Positions 1 to 13,169 of a stretch of 64,000 bases of DNA are shown piece after piece. Source of the DNA: Chiloscyllium plagiosum (taxonomy: Eukaryota); the NCBI RefSeq assembly GCF_004010195.1, contig NC_057718.1:103047566-103111565 (forward strand), read 5' to 3'. The notes under the pieces were generated by a model. That model was not told where the DNA came from. It did no database searches and saw only the letters and a program-made list of their open reading frames with translations. How positions within the stretch are numbered: the stretch's first letter is position 1; each line of letters opens with the position of its first letter. The translations under genes were made by a program, and so were the position numbers.

Positions 1-1149
1 TCAAGTCCATTACAACTTCTTTGGAAGTTCTGAAGAAATCATACTAGACTCAAAACGTTAACTCTGTTTCTCTCTCCAAAGATGTTGCTGAGCTCCTCCA
101 AGTTCCTCTGCGTTTCTATTAGATTTCCAGCACCCCTTTATTACGGGAACGTTTTCTCCCTATCTCCTGAGCAGACCTCTCATGATTCTGAGGATGATCT
201 CGATCACATCAGATCTTCGATCAGATCTCGTCTCCAAAGAGAACAGTCCTAGCTTCCACCTTTGTATCTGAAATTCCTCAGTGCTGAAAGCCTTGTGACA
301 GAAACAATCAGGTGCAAAACCCAGTGATGTGAAACAACGATTAAAAATGAGTGGCTTTGGAAACTAAGATGGCCAATCCTCCTCTGCAGCAGTGGGGAGC
401 TTTGTTTGCGCTGTGTAACTCGGGAATAGGAAAGTGGGTCATCTTGCTCAGCAAGGCAATCATGCCCTCCAGAGAAAGGCAATATGGGAGCTATTTCCAC
501 AATTACCAGATCAGAGGCCTGGTACCAATAAATGCGATTTAGTAGGAAATCACGTGAAGAAAAGACAGCAATCACAATTAATTTAAAAGGACAAATGATC
601 AAATCCCTGCAATATGCTACAATATGGTTAAAAATGATAAATACCAGCATGAAACGCTATGCATTATGAAACAGATAATGATTTTCATGGAGGGTGCATG
701 GTATATAGCTGGATTCTGTTCTGATCAATTGCAGCATGTCCAAATTTAATCAGTATAACGGAATGATTATTATCTCAGTGCATATTCACTACGTGCTGCT
801 GTACCCTTGAACTCAGCAGAGCAGAATTAATATTAAATAACAATTACACAGTAAGTTACGAAATGTTACAACACAAATAGCGTAAATACTTAGCTATATT
901 GCCTGCTTTCTGAGTTCCTAAAGTCACACATATTTCCAAATTTGTCTGTGTGAAAGAAAATCTGAAAAGTGCTTCGATTGTTTGGCGATTCTTAGTGAAT
1001 GGCGTTTCAAGGCGAATAAGACACCTCCTAATTGTTGCTTTCACTTGTTTCCTAAATCACCACAGTTTACAGTAGACCTCATTTTATCTCAGCTTTAGCC
1101 TAAGTTTAGCTTTGCAGAACAAACATAGAGACTGCATCTTGATTCACTC

Positions 1150-1670
1150 ACAGACGTTTACATCACAGAAAGAAGGTGATTTGGCCCTTTGTGCTCATGC
1201 CTGCCAACTACAATCTAGTTCTCCAGTTCTCGGCCCAAGGCCCTGGAGGTAATGCAGCTCAGTATCTACATAATGCTTCAGTGTTACAGGAGAGTCTGAT
1301 TCAACCATCCTTTCAGGCAGTGAGTGCCAGATTTCCATCTCCCAGTTAGTGAAAGTAATTCATTTTAGCTCTCCTCTTCACCTTCTGTGTCTTACGTTAT
1401 ACTGATCCCTTCCTGTCCAGCCCATCTATGTCCCTCAAAACCTTATACACCTCTGTCAAGTCCCCTCTCAACCTTCACTGCTCCAAGGAAAAAAAATCCC
1501 AGTCTATCCAATCTTTCCTCATAGTTCAGAACCACCAGCCCAGGCAGGATCCTGGTAAATCTCCTCTGTACTCTCTCTTGAGTACAATCACATCCTTCCT
1601 ATAATATAGTGATCAGGACAGCACACAATATTTTAGTTGTGGTCGAACTGGTGTTTCACAATTCCAACGA
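1150..1670 (-). mobile_element. Old CR1-type LINE 3' fragment
   Basis: Degenerate similarity to the CR1 ORF2 C-terminus and 3' UTR of other copies. Confidence 0.6.
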
Positions 1671-1802
1671 CCTACACATCTACATCAGATCATGGAGCAA
1701 AATCACAATATGAAGCAAGGTATATTTATTAATCTAATTTGATAGAATGTTAAAAAACAAGGAACATGAGCATCAGCGGAGTTTATGAAGGGCTTATCAT
1801 AA

Positions 1803-3455
1803 AGTCATAGAGATGTACAGCATGGAAACAGACCCTTCAGTCCAACCCATCCATGCCGACCAGATATCCCAACTCAATCTAGTCCCACCTGCCAGCACCC
1901 GGCTCATATCCCTCCAAACCCTTCCTATTCATATACCCATCCAAATGCCTGTTACATGTTGCAATTGTAACAGCCTCCACCACTTCCTCTGGCAACTCAT
2001 TCCATACACACACCACCCTCTGTGTGAAAACGTTGCCCCTTAGGTCTCTTTTATATCTTTCCCTCTCACCCTAAACCTATAGTTCTGGCTCCCCCACCCC
2101 AGGGAAAAGACTTTGCCTATTTATCCTATCCATGCTCCTCATAATTTTGTAAACCTCTGTAACGTCACCTCTGTAACGTCACCTCTCAGCCTCCGACGCT
2201 CCAGGAAAAACAGCCCCAGCCTGTTCAGTCTCTCCCTGTAGCTCAGATCCTCCAACCCTGGCAACAACCTTGTAAATCTTTTCTGAACCCTTTCAAGTTT
2301 CACAACATCTTTCCGATAGGAAGGAGACCAGAATTGCACACAATATTCCAACAGTGGCCTAACCAATGTCCACAACATGACCTCCCAACTCCTGTACTCA
2401 GTACTCTGACCAATAAAGGAAAGCATACCAAACGCCTTCTTCACTATCCTATCTACCTGCAACTCCACTTTCAAGGAGCTATGATTCTGCACTCCATTGT
2501 CTCTTTGTTCAGTAACACTCCCTAGGACCTTACCATTAAGTGTATAAGTCCTGCTAAGATTTGCTTTCCCAAAATGCAGCACCACGCATTTATCTGAATT
2601 AAACTCCATCTGCCACTTCTCAGCCCATTGGCCCATCTGGTCCAGATCCTGTTGTAATCTGAGGTAACCCTCTTCGCTGTCCACTACACCTCAAATTTTG
2701 GTGTCATTTGCAAACTTATTAATTGTACCTCTTATGCTCGCACCCAAATCATTTATGTAAATGACAAAAAGTAGAGGACCCAGCACCGATCCTTGTGGCA
2801 CTCCACTGGTCACAGGCCTCTAGTCTGAAAACAACCCTCCTCCACCACCCTCTGTCTTCTACCTTTGAGCCAGTTCTCTATCCAAATGGCTAGTTCTCCC
2901 TGTATTCCATGAGATCTAACCTTGCTAATCAGTCTCCCATGGGGAAACTTATCAAACGCCTTACTGAAATCCATATAGATCACATCTACTGCTCTGCCCT
3001 CATCAATCCTCTTTGTTACTTCTTCAAAAAACTCCAAGTTTGTGAGACATGATTTCCCACGCACAAAGCCATGTTGACTATCCCGAATCAGTCCTTGCCT
3101 TTCCAAGTACATGTACATCCTGTCCCTCAGGATTCCCTCCAACAACTTGCCCACCACCGAGGTCAGGCTCACCGGTCTATAGTTCCCTGGCTTGTCTTTA
3201 CTGCCCTTCTTAAACAGTGGCACCACATTTGCCAACCTCCTGTCTTCCGGTACCTCACCTGTGACTATCGATGATACAAATATCTCAGCAAGAGACCCAG
3301 CAATCTCTAGTTTCCCACAGAGTTCTCGGGTACACCTGATCAGGTCCTGGCGATTTATCCACTTTTAACCGTTTCAAGACATCCAGCACTTCCTCCTCTG
3401 TAATCTGGAGTTTTTGCAAGATGTCACCATCTATTTCCCTACAGTCTATATTTTC
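1803..3455 (-). mobile_element. CR1-clade LINE (HER1-like), 5'-truncated, frameshifted ORF2 RT region plus 3' UTR
   Basis: ORFs with KSPGPD, PGNYRPVSLTSVVGKLLE, DFSKAFDK, WQMEFNSDKC, RPLLEYCVQFWSP, LERRRLRGD; CTATGACT-type tail. Confidence 0.95.
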
Positions 3456-4196
3456 CATTGATTTCCTGCTCCTCGAATGCTGCCTGACCTGCTGTGCTTT
3501 TCCAGAGCCACACTTTTCAACTTTGATTCTCCAGCATCTGCAGTCCTCATGTTCTCCCAGGATTTCAAAGCGTCTCACTGAACTGGAAAGGGAGGCTGTG
3601 GTCTTCATTGATGTGCAAGCAACTCAAAACCGAATCTGTATTTTACATTAGGTTGCCCTGTTATCTATTTAGTTCAATTGCCCAATGAGCAAGCAGAGCA
3701 CACTATAGAATTTTAAGGGCAAGTTCCATCCAACTGACTTTCTGTGATGTTTTGTGATTGCTTTTTTAAAAAAGAAATCACATTAATAAGCTTGTCCCAT
3801 CCACACAAGTGAGCAGGCCTCTGGTAGGAAGACTTCTCTATTGCAAGTTTCTGTTAACATTACTAGTGATTTTGAGGAGATTCCAAAAGTTTAGCTGGAC
3901 TTTTTGGGTGCAAGGAAACTGTTAAGGAACTTTTGGACAGACTGCAATTCCTTTTTTTAAAAACAGTTCCTGAGGAAGTGATCCAGTATAACCGGAAAAT
4001 TTTAACACTTTTAATGGAAAATTTGTTTTCAGTCATTTAAAGTCAGGTTACATAGAGGTGGATCAGGGATTTATTAACAATATTTCAAAATGTGCAACGT
4101 TTGATTTACACCAATTTTCAACTATGCTAATTAAACATTATCCTGTTACCGCTGTTAAGTACATCAAGGAGGGATTTTGCTCCTAAATACCTTTAG

Positions 4197-4665
4197 GGTC
4201 ATAGTTATAGAGCTGTACAGCACGGAAACAGACCCTTCAGTCCAACTCGTCCATGCCGACCAGATATTCCACATTAATCTAGTCCCACTTACCAGCAGAT
4301 GCCCATATCCCTCTAAACCCTACCTATTCATTTACCCATCCAGATGCCTCTTAAATGTTGTAACTGTACCAACCTCCACCACTTCCTCTGGCAGCTCATT
4401 CCATACATGCACCAACCTTTGGGTGAAGAAGTTGCCCCATAGATCCCTTTTAAATCTTTCCCCTCTCATCCTAAATCTATGCCCTACCACAGGAAAAATA
4501 CTTTGCCAAACACTCTATCCATGACCCTCATGATTTGATAAGGTCACCCCTCAGTCTCCAACGCTCCAGGGAAAACAGCCCAAGTCTATTCACCCTCTCC
4601 CCATAACTCAAACCCTTCAATGCTGGCGACATCCTTGTGAATCTTTTCTGAACCCGTTCACAACT
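4197..4665 (-). mobile_element. CR1 3' fragment
   Basis: Similar to 1803-2300. Confidence 0.9.
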
Positions 4666-7600
4666 TTGAGTTTTTTGTTATCAGAAACAAATGCCCGTAG
4701 ACGTCAGCTTTTATGTTTGGAGATATGCAAGTAGGTTTGAGCAGAAACATGGGAGAATAAACCTATTAAAGCAGAAGTCATTTTAGGCTCAATTTGCGTC
4801 ACAATCTCTGATTTTACCTGAAGCCAAACTCCTACCCTCTAATTCTAAACAGACACTGTTTAGAATTAGAGGGTTACCACTACATGCTGAACAGAAGCTG
4901 GACAGCCCTTGGCCTCTCCAGTAGAAGGCCAGCAGTGAAATTCCCTTCCAGTGAGCTGATCCAATTTCTGCACTGGCTCACTGTCACTCTATACCTGGTC
5001 ATCACTCTAAGCACACTTACAAATCCTTATTCATCTTCCAACCTTCAGTAGAATGAGGGCCTCCAAGCTGTTGGGTCAGCAGTTAAATGTTTCTTAAACA
5101 AATTTTACAGTTTGATTCTTCAGAATCTGGCCATCTGGAAACAAAATTGTCTGCAGGTGCTTCATTTATAGAAGTATCTGGCCTGGAGCATCTCCAGCAG
5201 CACAATTTCCTGTTCAAAACTTGTCTGAATAGTTTTGAGCTACAGCCACCTGAAAGTGATTGCACCCACGACAAATCTTTCTCCAAAAGTTTGTTTCAAA
5301 AAAAAAGTAACAAGACTGTTTCCCTTTTATATACATTTCTGGAAACCAGCTGACCAACATTTACCATTTATTTATTTCCAATGTCAAACAGTTGAATCGT
5401 TACATGTTGTGGAATATTAAGCGGCTGCATTATCCGTCATACAACTGCAGGATCCGTTTTCAAAGCGCCTGGGGATTTTCCATGTGCGTTTGCACAGATT
5501 GTAGTGAGGGATTCAGAGGCACCTCAGCAACTAGCGTTGACATGCGGAGATTTTGCTCTACCGTTTTGTTCATTTTAACTTCACCAGAAAATAGTTGCCA
5601 AGCAAAATAAAAGCAATTTAGAAACAAGCATAGCACTGAGATGCACTGAAAAAGAAACATACTTTTTAAATAAAGCTCATTCACTGGATGAAAGCAAATA
5701 TTTACTGCCAATCCTTGATTGCTCTCGAGAAGGTGATGGTGTGTCACCTTGTTCTGGGTTTGGCACCCACCCAAAAAACGTTAGCGATTTTTTTCAGATT
5801 TTGATCTAACAATAGTAAAGGAGCGGTGATATTGTTGTATCTGATGATGCTGTCTGACTTGAAAGGAACTTGCAGATGGCATTTTTCTACATTGTACCGT
5901 GATTAAAGGTGAAAACAAAATCATAGTGATTGTACATTATTTGCAAAACCACAGTACAATTTCAAGTTGAAAGCATTTCCAAAAGAGAAAATGCTGGAAA
6001 ATCTCAGCAGGTCTGGCAGCATCTGTAAGGAGAGAAAAGAGCAGAAGTTTCGAGTCTAACTGACCCTTTGTCAAAGCCCGCATCTGCAGTAATCTGCTTT
6101 TATATTATGAAAGTATTTCCTCTCTTTTGCTTTCTAAGCCATACAGGGGGCAAAACATATATTGTTTGATGTGAAGTTATTTTTGTTTTTAAATATGTGA
6201 ACAGAACAGAAATTGAACAACTCCACAAAAATGTAAAGGAAAGTTTGAGTTTCCAAATGCATAAATCTGAGGAATGAAGATCGTGCTTTGCAAGAAGCAT
6301 CAATGAACACTAAGGTGACTACAAAGAGTTCTGCAGTACGGCACAAATGAAGAGAAAAGCAGCTTTAACTTGAGGACTCTCATCTCAGCACCGTGTAGTC
6401 ATTAACTGACACCAATAGGCTTGTAGACTGAAACCAATCTGAAAGGATTTAAATATTTTCCACTTGATAACCAGCCAAAAGGAAAATCCTATTTAAAAGT
6501 AGGAAAACGGCCAATGAACTGTCTCCATTTAACGAAACACAGTCATTAATCATAAAGTCTTAAACCTGAGCCCAACAATTTCCATAAAAAAGACGAAAAC
6601 TTAGATGTTCTCAACGCTGAACAGTTTCCAACAAGAATGTAAGACAATTATACTAGCGCAGCAATAGGAATTACATATAGAATCTCAAAAAAAGCACTGG
6701 TTAATTTCCAGGCAAATGCCAATTAACCTCGTATAAAGAGCGGAATCTGAAAGGTAGTACCACCAGAGTCAATGTGGATCACATCATGAGTTGGTTAAGT
6801 AGCTACACTTGATGGAATAGTAGCTTATCTAAATGTCCCTTAGCTTTCCTATGATTATAGGGACACCACAAGCAATCTCAGCTAAGGAACAAAATGTGAA
6901 TCTGAAATAAAAGCAGAAAATGCTCAAGGTAGGTGCAATACCAACTGGGGAGTGGGTAAGAGTTAGCATTTCAGGGTTAATGGCCATCCATCAGAACTGG
7001 AAACAGATCGGAGATGGAACATAAGTACAGAGCCAATGGAAGAGGGGGATGTACAAAATGAAAAGCCTGAGACAGGGTGGAATACAGGGGAGATTAACTA
7101 ATGGAAATCCATTTGCTCTGACCTCAGAATCTGAACCACAAACATGGAGTCTGTGACTTCACCTTATTTAATATAAAATGGTATAAATGCAGATGATGCT
7201 AATAGGAGATGATGAACACCTGATGGATTTGAGAGTTTCCAGTTGAGGATGAGAAGTGGTAGCTGGAAATTATGTTTGCAAATATGGAACGTAGACCATA
7301 TACAGACTGCACATGATGGAAGGTGTTTAATTTATATAGATGTATGAGGATGGTCCATTTTTGTAATAGAGTTTACAATTAACTAGGTCAGTTTTTCCAG
7401 AACCATGATTTTAAACCAGTATGGGCCTCCTGGTGTCTTAATGGAAGCTTGTTGATATTGTCAAGATTTGCAACAGTAAGTAAAATGCTGAATTTGCTTA
7501 GCTTTGGGGTTTAAATTAATTAGAACTGAAACACAGATTGGAAAGCCTTTGAGCAGTTTGAAGAGCGCCAGACTGAAGTCAGATATTAGTAGCTGTCTGT

Positions 7601-8899
7601 CTTAGAAAAAGGAAAATCTGGAGCCATGGCACATAATGGAATTTGAATTCCATAAAATCTGGAATTAAGAGTCTAATGATAACCATGAATATGGATAATC
7701 AGAGACTATCTAAAGTCCAAACCTGGTCTGGCCTACTTGTTATTCCAGACCTAGTTGACTCTTAATTGCCCTCTGGGATAGGCAATAAATGCTGGCTAGC
7801 GATGCCCTTATCCCAAGAATAAATGAATTTTAAAAATTAGAGCAGCTAAGGAGGTAAGATACTTCAGTGAAAAGGGTGTAGCTTGTGAAACTTCCAGACT
7901 AGGAATGTTTGGTTAAGAATCTGTATTGGTTATTCTATGCTGAGAAAATTTAAGCTCTCAGTGGTATAAGGATTCAAGGTAAATACTTTACAGTGGAAAC
8001 AGGAATTGAGAACAAAATAGTGAAGTCAAACCTATAGTTTGAATTGGGAAAGAAAATCTCTTTGGGTTTTGATTAACTCTAAAGTGATAGTGTTGGGACA
8101 TAGATGGTATTTTGTTTTTCTGCTGTGTTTTGAAATCTTTCCAACTATCATATGCAGATACATTGGCTTGGTTTACTTAATTTTAAATGCTTTGTATAAT
8201 AACCTTGTTTAGTTGTTAAAATCAAAACTGCAGCCTGGTTCATATGGCACTGAAAAACCATGTTAACAAATAAAACAAATTGCCTGATCTATCAAGCCAG
8301 ATTTCATCTGGGATCCAATTGTCAGCAGTAACATCAGCTGGAATCATAAAACTAACCTATTAAATAAACTATAAATCATTATGGTTTGGGATTAAACACA
8401 TGACCTTGGATCTGTTGGCAAAGGTCACCTTTATAGGAACAGTAAGAGGCCATTCTGCCCCTTGAACCTGTTCCATCATTCAATAATCTTAAGGCTGATC
8501 TGTACCTTAATTCCAATATCAGGTTTGAAACTGTCAGTTTACCCTGAGGGAGAGTCTCACATTTTGGACAGGTTTAATTTCTCGTCTCATCCCACAAAAC
8601 ACAATATTTCGTATCTACCCCACTGTCACTTTAATTATCTTAAATATCATAATTAGATCACTCTTTAATCACATATACTCAAGTGAATAAAGATCTTGGC
8701 TATGCAACCTATCCTCATAGTTTAACCTTTTTACTTCGGTTCACTCTGGTGAATGCCATAGAGTATTACAGCACAGAAAGATGTCTCCAGTCCATCATCC
8801 ATGCTGGTCATCATCTAATCCCATTTCCAAGCAACTGGCACACATGCTCAAAATGAATCCTATTTTGAGTGAGGAGAGTGGACAACTTTAACTACATAA

Positions 8900-9095
8900 T
8901 GAAATTGCTGGTGAAACTTAGCAGGTCAACTTGCACCTTTGGGAAGAAAGCAGAGTTAGAGATGTTGAGTTTGATGAAGAGTCTCCCCGGACTCGAAACG
9001 GTAACTTTGTTTTTTTTCCTGCAGATGCTCCCAGACCTGCTGAATTTCACCAGCAATCTGTTTTTGTTTCAGGTGTCCAGCATCTGCAGTTCATT
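8900..9095. mobile_element. Family B Penelope-type insert with inverted arms; relatives at about 25-135, 18303-18435, 34820-34925, 43685-43800, 52070-52280 and 55720-55850
   Basis: (C/T)TGA.GAAGAGTC...GACTCGAAACG.TAACT followed by CAGATGCTGCCAGACCTGCTGAG. Confidence 0.7.
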
Positions 9096-9289
9096 ATTTG
9101 ATTACGTTATATCCAGTAAAGTAGCCTTCTCCGGATCAAACAGAAACACTAGTTATTGTCATCAACTCAGTGCAGGCACAAGGCTTCTGGATTTCGGAAA
9201 GCAATAAAATCAAATGTTCCCTCAAACCTTGGCTTAGTAATAAATTACTGAATGATATGTTAAATGATAAGAAACCAGCAGCACAGACC

Positions 9290-9800
9290 ATTTAATTTGA
9301 TTTATTACAGCCACTTGTACCTAGGTACAGTGAAAAGTTTTGTTTTGCGTGCATTCCAGGTAAATCATACCATACAAAGATCGTGGGTTGCTAGAACTGA
9401 GTGAGGATAGAGACGGTGCACAAAAAGCAAGATCAACATTAGATTTGAGAGTCCATTCAGCAGTCTAAATAATAGCGGGAAAGCTGTTCTTGAACTTGTT
9501 GATACGTGTGTTTAAGCTTTTGTACCTACTGGCTGATGGAAGAGGTTGCAAGAGATTATATACCGGGGTGGGAGGGGTCTTTGATGATGTTGGCTGCTTT
9601 CCCATGGCAGTGAGAAGTGTAGATGGAGTCAGTGGATAAAAGGTTGGCTTGCAGGATGCTCTGGGCTATGTTCACAACTCACCATGATTTCTTAACAATC
9701 CTGGGCAGAGCAGTTCCCATACCAAGCTCTGATGCATCCAGACAGAATGCTTTCTATGGTGGATCTGTAAAAGTTGGTGAGGGTCCTTATGGACATACCA
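9290..9800 (-). mobile_element. Degenerate LINE 3' fragment (Rex1/L2-like)
   Basis: Minus strand reads like an RT C-terminus (IIKDPSHPG..L.QPLPS); family assignment from memory only. Confidence 0.5.
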
Positions 9801-11049
9801 CGAGTATACAAAACATACCTATCTTCACAATAAATACTGCTCCCATAGCAGAATTGGACCTGACAATATCCTTTAATAATGAGTTAGCGCCGTAAAATTC
9901 ACATTCTTCCAGCCACTGCTTGTGGCCTAGTGAAGTGAAAGTTCACCAATGACACCAAACACAAACCATTGTCCATCTCTTGATGGCTGCAAGTCTCTGA
10001 ATTAAGGAATGCAGGACATTGGAGGAGTGATCATTCAACATGATCTTAGCTGACCTGGCTGTTTTCAGCTCCAGTTTCCTGTCAGCTACCCCAGAATCTC
10101 TGACCCATGCCCCTCGTCTCTCAAAAATTTAACAGCCTTGAAAACAACTTAGGATACAAACTCCGTTACATTCTTGGGAAGCAAATTACACACTCTACTG
10201 AGCCTCTGAAAGAAAACAAAATCATTTCTGTTGTGAAAAGCAAATTACTTATTCACAACATGTGACCCTCAGGTCTAAATCACCCTTACAAGAGGTAAAC
10301 ATTCTCTGGGCATTCAAGTGCCCCATTATCAAACAAAGAGAGCCAATGATACAGTAGGCCTGGTAACCAAAACCTTGGTCAATAAACCCACCCTCTCTCT
10401 CCCCAGAAAGGACAGTCTTAAGGGAGAGATGGAGACACAGATGCGTTTAAGACAGAAAATCCAGACAGCAATCAATCCATGTTTGTGTCAAATGAAGTAC
10501 AAAATGCATCAGAGCCCAGAGTTGTAGAGATGTGTACAGAGAGTTAGATGTCATAGTCATGAGGCAGTGAAGCAAAGGACAGATCTCAACAGGAGAATGC
10601 TCATTCTTTAAAGTGAGGTACTATTGGATCTGGAGTGATCAATAGGGTAATGGACGAGTGGTATATAATGCTGAATGCAATACTGCAGCTAAAACTTGGA
10701 TGAGTTCAAACTTATGGAGAATGGAAGATGGGAGACCAGCCAACACTGCACTTAAATAGTCAAATCTAAAGGAACAAATGTATGAAAGAGAGCTTCATCA
10801 GTAGATAAGCTGAGAAACAAGAAGTGACATGCAATGTTACGCAAGTGTAAGTAGCTGGTCTTTGCAATGTTGATGACCTAGGGTCAGAAGCTCATGATCA
10901 AATAGGATAATGAGGTTGTGCAATTAGATTCAGACCAACAATAGCCAAGGGAAGGGAATGGAATTAGTGACCAGAAAAATGCTATTTGGAGCAGAAGCAA
11001 AGGTCAATGCTTTGAATTTTACAAAGCTTATGTGGACAATCATAATGCC

Positions 11050-11122
11050 ACTTCCACAGTGTAGTGGCTATCACATCTGCCTCACACACGAAAGGTCCCC
11101 AGTTCGATCCTGGCTGGGAACA
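11050..11122 (+). pseudogene. tRNA-Val(CAC) pseudogene
   Basis: 73 nt colinear with vertebrate tRNA-Val-CAC (AGTGTAGTGGcTATCAC...CCTCACAC..GAAAGGTCCCC.GTTCGA), anticodon CAC at 11083-11085; acceptor-stem mismatches and CpG decay. Confidence 0.85.
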
Positions 11123-11137
11123 TCATATCTCATTTTA

Positions 11138-11447
11138 GGGGTGGCTCAGTGGTTAGCACTGCTGCCTCAGAACACCATGGTTTCAGGATAGATTCCAGCC
11201 TCGGGCGACTGACTGTATGGAGTTTGCACATTCTCCCCGTGTCTGTGTGGGTTTCCTCCGGATGCTCCAGTTTCTTTACACAGTCCAAAGACGTGCAGGT
11301 CAGGTGAATTGGCCATGCTAAATTGCCCAGAGTGTTAGGTGCATTAGTCAGAGGGAAATGGGTCTGGGTGGGTTACTCTTTGGTGGTCAGTGTGGACTTG
11401 TTGGGCCGAACGGCCTGTTTCCACATTGTAGGGAATCTAATCTAATC
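11138..11447 (+). mobile_element. tRNA-derived V-SINE (HE1-like)
   Basis: A-box head GTGGCTCAGTGGTTAGCAC, V-domain GGAGTTTGCACATTCTCCCCGTGTCTG..GGGTTTCCTCCGG, (AATCT)n tail. Confidence 0.85.
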
Positions 11448-13169
11448 ACAGAGGTAGACAATTCTGCCCATCAAGTCTATGCAGCTCTCTGTAGTAGTCA
11501 AGCCCATTCCCCACTCTATCCCTGTAAGCCTGCAAGTATATTTCTGTCAAGTAGTGCCCAATTTCTTTTTGAAATCATTGCTCACTTCTAGGTCCACCAC
11601 CCTAGTAAACAGTAAGTTTCACATCATTACCAATGGCTGTGTAAAAATCATTGTTCCTCATAAATATGGTGCCTCATTTGGGACTAGATATCCTCCAGTA
11701 ACCTGGCATCCACCACACAAAGGCAATGGCGCTGAGGTAGAATATGCAAAATAAGATCAGGTGTACAATGGCTCTTTCAGAGCCTCCGGAGGTAACAGCG
11801 CAGGGTGACAAAAGTGATCCTGCAGAGATTCTCTGACTCAATTCGGATTAGTACACGTTGAAACAGATGAGCAGATTTTCGCTCTACTAGACAAGAGAGG
11901 TGTTTGGAGAAGGACGAAATGGGATTGATCACTGTACACATCAGTAATTTGTGACACTGAGTGGACCATTTTGGAGCTGTGTCAGAAGTGGTAAACTGAG
12001 TGGACCAGTTTATATAGGTAGCGACAAGAAACACAGGCAGAGATTTGCGAAAAGACAACTCATTCAAGGACTCGAGAGAAATAGAAGGAATGCATACTGC
12101 ACTTTCAAAATGGGATTTGTGGGGGTCAACATTACTTGTACATGAATGATTTACAATAGAAGCTGGTTTAGGGGCTTCAATGGAAACTGGGCAGTGGTAG
12201 TTTACAGGGAACAAATGCCAGGGAGCAGGAAGTTGGACAATGCACTCGCTAAGCTGTGTGTGCACGTTTGCACGTGAATGCAATGCAATTGAAAAGATTC
12301 AGACTGTGAAAAAGAAAACTTAAATGAACCATCTTTGGCAAAAACAGACTGAATTACTATCTTTTTAAAAGGATATTGCGCGAGACTTGTGGATACGAGT
12401 TGAGACCAAGTTAGCTGTGCTTGTAATAAACAGGTTCTTGATTTTTGAAGTGACACATTACGGTTTTTCTGAGATTTCAAAATTAAGTCAATTTAAAACC
12501 CAGTGCAACCGAACCTTTTCTTTAAAAAGAAAGTAAACAGGAATAGTGGAGGATGTGCACTACACCCTTAGCATAACTTCACCACTGCTACAGCACGTTA
12601 CACTTTCATCATGCACTCAACCAAATATAGAAACGTAACTGGATTATTCCCTTAGGAATAATAATGGGATTGCATATGAGAAGAATTCAAGGTACATTAG
12701 TTCGTCATTTTATAATACCAAATGAGTCCTTCAATTGTTTTTAATTAGATGTCTAGACACTGGTTAAAAAGCACCAGGTATACATAAATACTTACATATG
12801 TACAGTTGCCAAAGTATTACAGAATGTACATAGGCCAATAGAAACCTAAAAATAGTTATGGTACAGATCAGATCGATACTATTGAACTCGGATGTCATTT
12901 TAGGATCTGGTTTTCTAACATTAACAGAGTAGTGCAAACAACTTAAACAAAATAAAATTAAAATTTTACTACAAAGGTATGATATTTCGTATAAATACAT
13001 CATCAGAAAGCAGTAATTATCAGCTGAACTGCAAAGCAACAACTAGCCAGAATCAAGTATAAATGTCCATGTTCTGAGGTAGGTTAGAAAAAAATAGAAT
13101 TTTTTTTATACAGCAAAATCTTGATTTGACAACGTTATTCCATCTAAACCACATTGTGTAACAAAGACA

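Noticed and set aside
11050..11122. Functional tRNA-Val gene
   Set aside because: Mismatches at the first two acceptor-stem pairs, U8 changed and CpG decay; called a pseudogene.
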